Positions 62,089-64,000 of a stretch of DNA of 64,000 bases are shown piece by piece. The notes under the pieces are model-generated. The model did not search any database. It saw only the letters and a program-made list of their open reading frames with translations, and had not been told where the DNA came from. The stretch covers positions 173,614 to 237,613 of the forward strand of contig JAUSEW010000027.1 of the NCBI GenBank assembly GCA_030651475.1, in the 5' to 3' direction. The first letter of the stretch is position 1. Each line of letters opens with the position of its first letter. This DNA comes from Candidatus Levyibacteriota bacterium. Lineage in GTDB: Bacteria > Patescibacteriota > Microgenomatia > Levybacterales > UBA12049. The position numbers and the translations under genes are program-made.

Positions 62089-63841
62089 TTAAAATCCCTC
62101 CTCCAATGCTCCATTTGTTGATGATAAATGGAGAAATTTTTATTTCCTGCGAAATTGATTTTCCGCCGATGGTTATTGTAGCTACATCTGTTTTGTTTGT
62201 CAAAAATGGAGTTTTGTTAAAACTAACCGGAACTGTCAGAAAACCAAAAGGGGGAATTCTAGCTAGGGTAATTTTCTGATATGACGGCTCCAAAAACTTT
62301 GTCTGGATTACAATGTCCTGCTCGTCAACAATACTTGCGCCAATGTTTGCAATTGTTACCTGTCCTTTTATCGGCATTCCCGACATGTAAATTTCGGAGA
62401 AATTTTTCGACAGACCTATTGTGGGGGCAATATTCCCAAAATCATCACCAAGGCTTACGTCTACATCCTGAACTTTTTCTTCTCCCTTAAATTTATATCC
62501 TCCTGCAGGCACAGGATAACTGCTATTTTGCCCTTTAATGACAAAGGCGAAATGATCAAAATCAAACGTATTGAAATAGTCAACGCCTTTAGTCGTATTG
62601 CCCCACGTTGGATCAACCATTATCCAAGTGCCTTTTGCGAAATCATAATATTCCGGCCATGCATGCAGAATATCCTTAACCAAAGACAATGGTCTTTCTG
62701 CAGGATTCTTCGTGTATGCGAATCCGTCTATTTCTCTTGCGGGAATTCCGGCTGCTCTTGCCAACGCTACGAAAAGATCCGTAAACTCCAAACAAACTGC
62801 AGAAGACGGGTCTTTTAATAAGCCTGCAGCTCCAACTCTATCTTTACTTGCTGTTACTCTGGAAAAATCATAATTTAAAGTCTTTGTTACATATTCATAA
62901 ATTGCTTCCGGAGTCTTTAAGGTGTCCGCTAACTTTTTTATTGAGGCATCCGAAACCTGCCAATATGGCTGACTTTTCAGATAGTCGTTAATTTTATCCT
63001 GTGGCAAAAATTCCTTTTTGGGTGACAACGATATCCTAACTTTTCCTTTTACCACAACGTCTAACTTCTTGGATGGAGACAAAGAATATCTGGCGAGCCA
63101 GTTTCCGTCTTTATCTTCTGTCGCATTCATTGGCTTTACACTTATATCGTCTATTAAAACGTCTTGATAATTAGTTGATGGCGGAAGAGCTATTTCTGTT
63201 TGGATTGGAAAAAGATTGGGATTGCTAAGATGATATGTTAAATTAAACTTGTAAATTTGTTCGTCTCCAAAAGCAATTGATATTCCTGAACTGCCGAGCT
63301 GATCCTTGTTGAAATCCAAATTACCGTTAGTTATGGGTATTGCAGGCTTTATATACGTCGGGCTGCCCAAAGAGCTTGGAACGTTAACATGAACATTGAA
63401 ATTCTGAAAGTCGCTTTGTTTTGCCAGACCGGGTATATCTATTTCCCATATTTTGCCTATCTTTTGAGCGATTTCCGGTGTGTCGAAAGATAAATTAAAG
63501 CTTAACTTATTTCCAAGACCGACAACTTTTTTATTAAATGTTAATTCTATATTCTGACCATTTGCTTCGCTTTTCAGATTTGGCACGATAGGTCCATCAG
63601 AATCATAAGCGTTAACATTACTTATATTTTTAAAACCAATCTGGATACTGTAGGACGAAGCGTAGTATTGAGCTGTCTTATTTGTAAGCGTTACGGAAAA
63701 ATCTACACGGGTAATTGCATTCGTAGAAACTGTATAGGTTACTTTATAATCCGTATCGAAATTAGAAACAGCTAAAGTTTTGGGAGTAAACAAAATTAAA
63801 AAAGAAAAAATTGCTAACCAGAAATATAAAAAACGCTTCAT
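62012..63841 (-). CDS. transglutaminase-like cysteine-protease-fold surface protein (signal peptide, large extracellular region, C-terminal TM anchor)
   Basis: Core motif [22 protein letters not shown] (Cys). [17 protein letters not shown] (His/Asp). C-terminal [20 protein letters not shown]. Confidence 0.7.
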   Translation of the reverse strand: MKRFLYFWLAIFSFLILFTPKTLAVSNFDTDYKVTYTVSTNAITRVDFSVTLTNKTAQYYASSYSIQIGFKNISNVNAYDSDGPIVPNLKSEANGQNIELTFNKKVVGLGNKLSFNLSFDTPEIAQKIGKIWEIDIPGLAKQSDFQNFNVHVNVPSSLGSPTYIKPAIPITNGNLDFNKDQLGSSGISIAFGDEQIYKFNLTYHLSNPNLFPIQTEIALPPSTNYQDVLIDDISVKPMNATEDKDGNWLARYSLSPSKKLDVVVKGKVRISLSPKKEFLPQDKINDYLKSQPYWQVSDASIKKLADTLKTPEAIYEYVTKTLNYDFSRVTASKDRVGAAGLLKDPSSAVCLEFTDLFVALARAAGIPAREIDGFAYTKNPAERPLSLVKDILHAWPEYYDFAKGTWIMVDPTWGNTTKGVDYFNTFDFDHFAFVIKGQNSSYPVPAGGYKFKGEEKVQDVDVSLGDDFGNIAPTIGLSKNFSEIYMSGMPIKGQVTIANIGASIVDEQDIVIQTKFLEPSYQKITLARIPPFGFLTVPVSFNKTPFLTNKTDVATITIGGKSISQEIKISPFIINKWSIGGGILIVIIIAITLIIIIRSRHIPFLEQER

Positions 63842-64000
63842 AAAATCTTTTTCAAAAATTGGCCCGTATAGGATTCCGGAACTTTTGCAATATCCGAAGG
63901 CGTTCCCTTGGCAACCAGCCTTCCGCCTTTTTCTCCGCCGTCAGGTCCTAAGTCTATTATATAATCCGCATTTTTAATTATATCTAAATTATGCTCTATG
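63838..64000 (-). CDS. uvrA: excinuclease ABC subunit A, 3' end only (gene continues past the window). Its TGA stop overlaps the ATG of the downstream gene (ATGA)
   Basis: The translation ...[53 protein letters not shown] matches the UvrA C-terminus. Confidence 0.8.
   Translation of the reverse strand, partial: IEHNLDIIKNADYIIDLGPDGGEKGGRLVAKGTPSDIAKVPESYTGQFLKKIL

Overview
This is a low-GC, gene-dense bacterial window, about 90% coding. Gene content points to a reduced-genome Patescibacteria/CPR-type organism. That call rests on several things seen in the sequence: gatCAB next to murT/gatD (peptidoglycan amidation), IMP-to-AMP and IMP-to-GMP branch genes (purAB, guaAB) with no purine de novo enzymes in the window, an F-ATPase operon with a shortened delta subunit, and many shortened housekeeping proteins.

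Recognisable content:
- A long co-directional minus-strand block: murT-gatD-gatCAB, a GGDEF-domain protein, dnaE, atpBEFHAGDC, pyrDFE.
- Five tRNA genes: Thr-CGT, Asp-GTC, Gly-CCC, Glu-TTC and Lys-TTT.
- A glycolytic operon (pgm/pmm, a truncated PEP-utilizing protein, eno, gpmA).
- Divergent uvrB/lexA with a perfect 17-bp palindromic candidate operator.
- A uvrA-(transglutaminase-like)-uvrC block with overlapping stop/start codons.
- Also pyrG, rplS, htpX-lemA, polX, purBA, guaBA, secG, yvcK, and cell-surface glycan genes (O-antigen-ligase-like, GT2, secreted GH clan-A hydrolase, LysM).

No rRNA, CRISPR array, integrase or transposase was seen.

Most notable observations:
1. A three-gene minus-strand block of unrecognisable proteins at 55850-57803 with visibly elevated GC, frame-overlapping ORFs, its own terminator/promoter and a 14-bp palindrome.
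2. An acyl-CoA-ligase gene flanked by a direct repeat that re-encodes the last codons plus stop of guaA, which suggests site-specific insertion.
3. An RnfD/NqrB-like membrane domain fused to an FNR-like FAD/NAD(P) domain.
4. Sigma70-like promoters whose -10 box lies 5-7 nt from the start codon, suggesting widespread leaderless mRNAs.
5. A standalone GGDEF protein translationally coupled to gatB.
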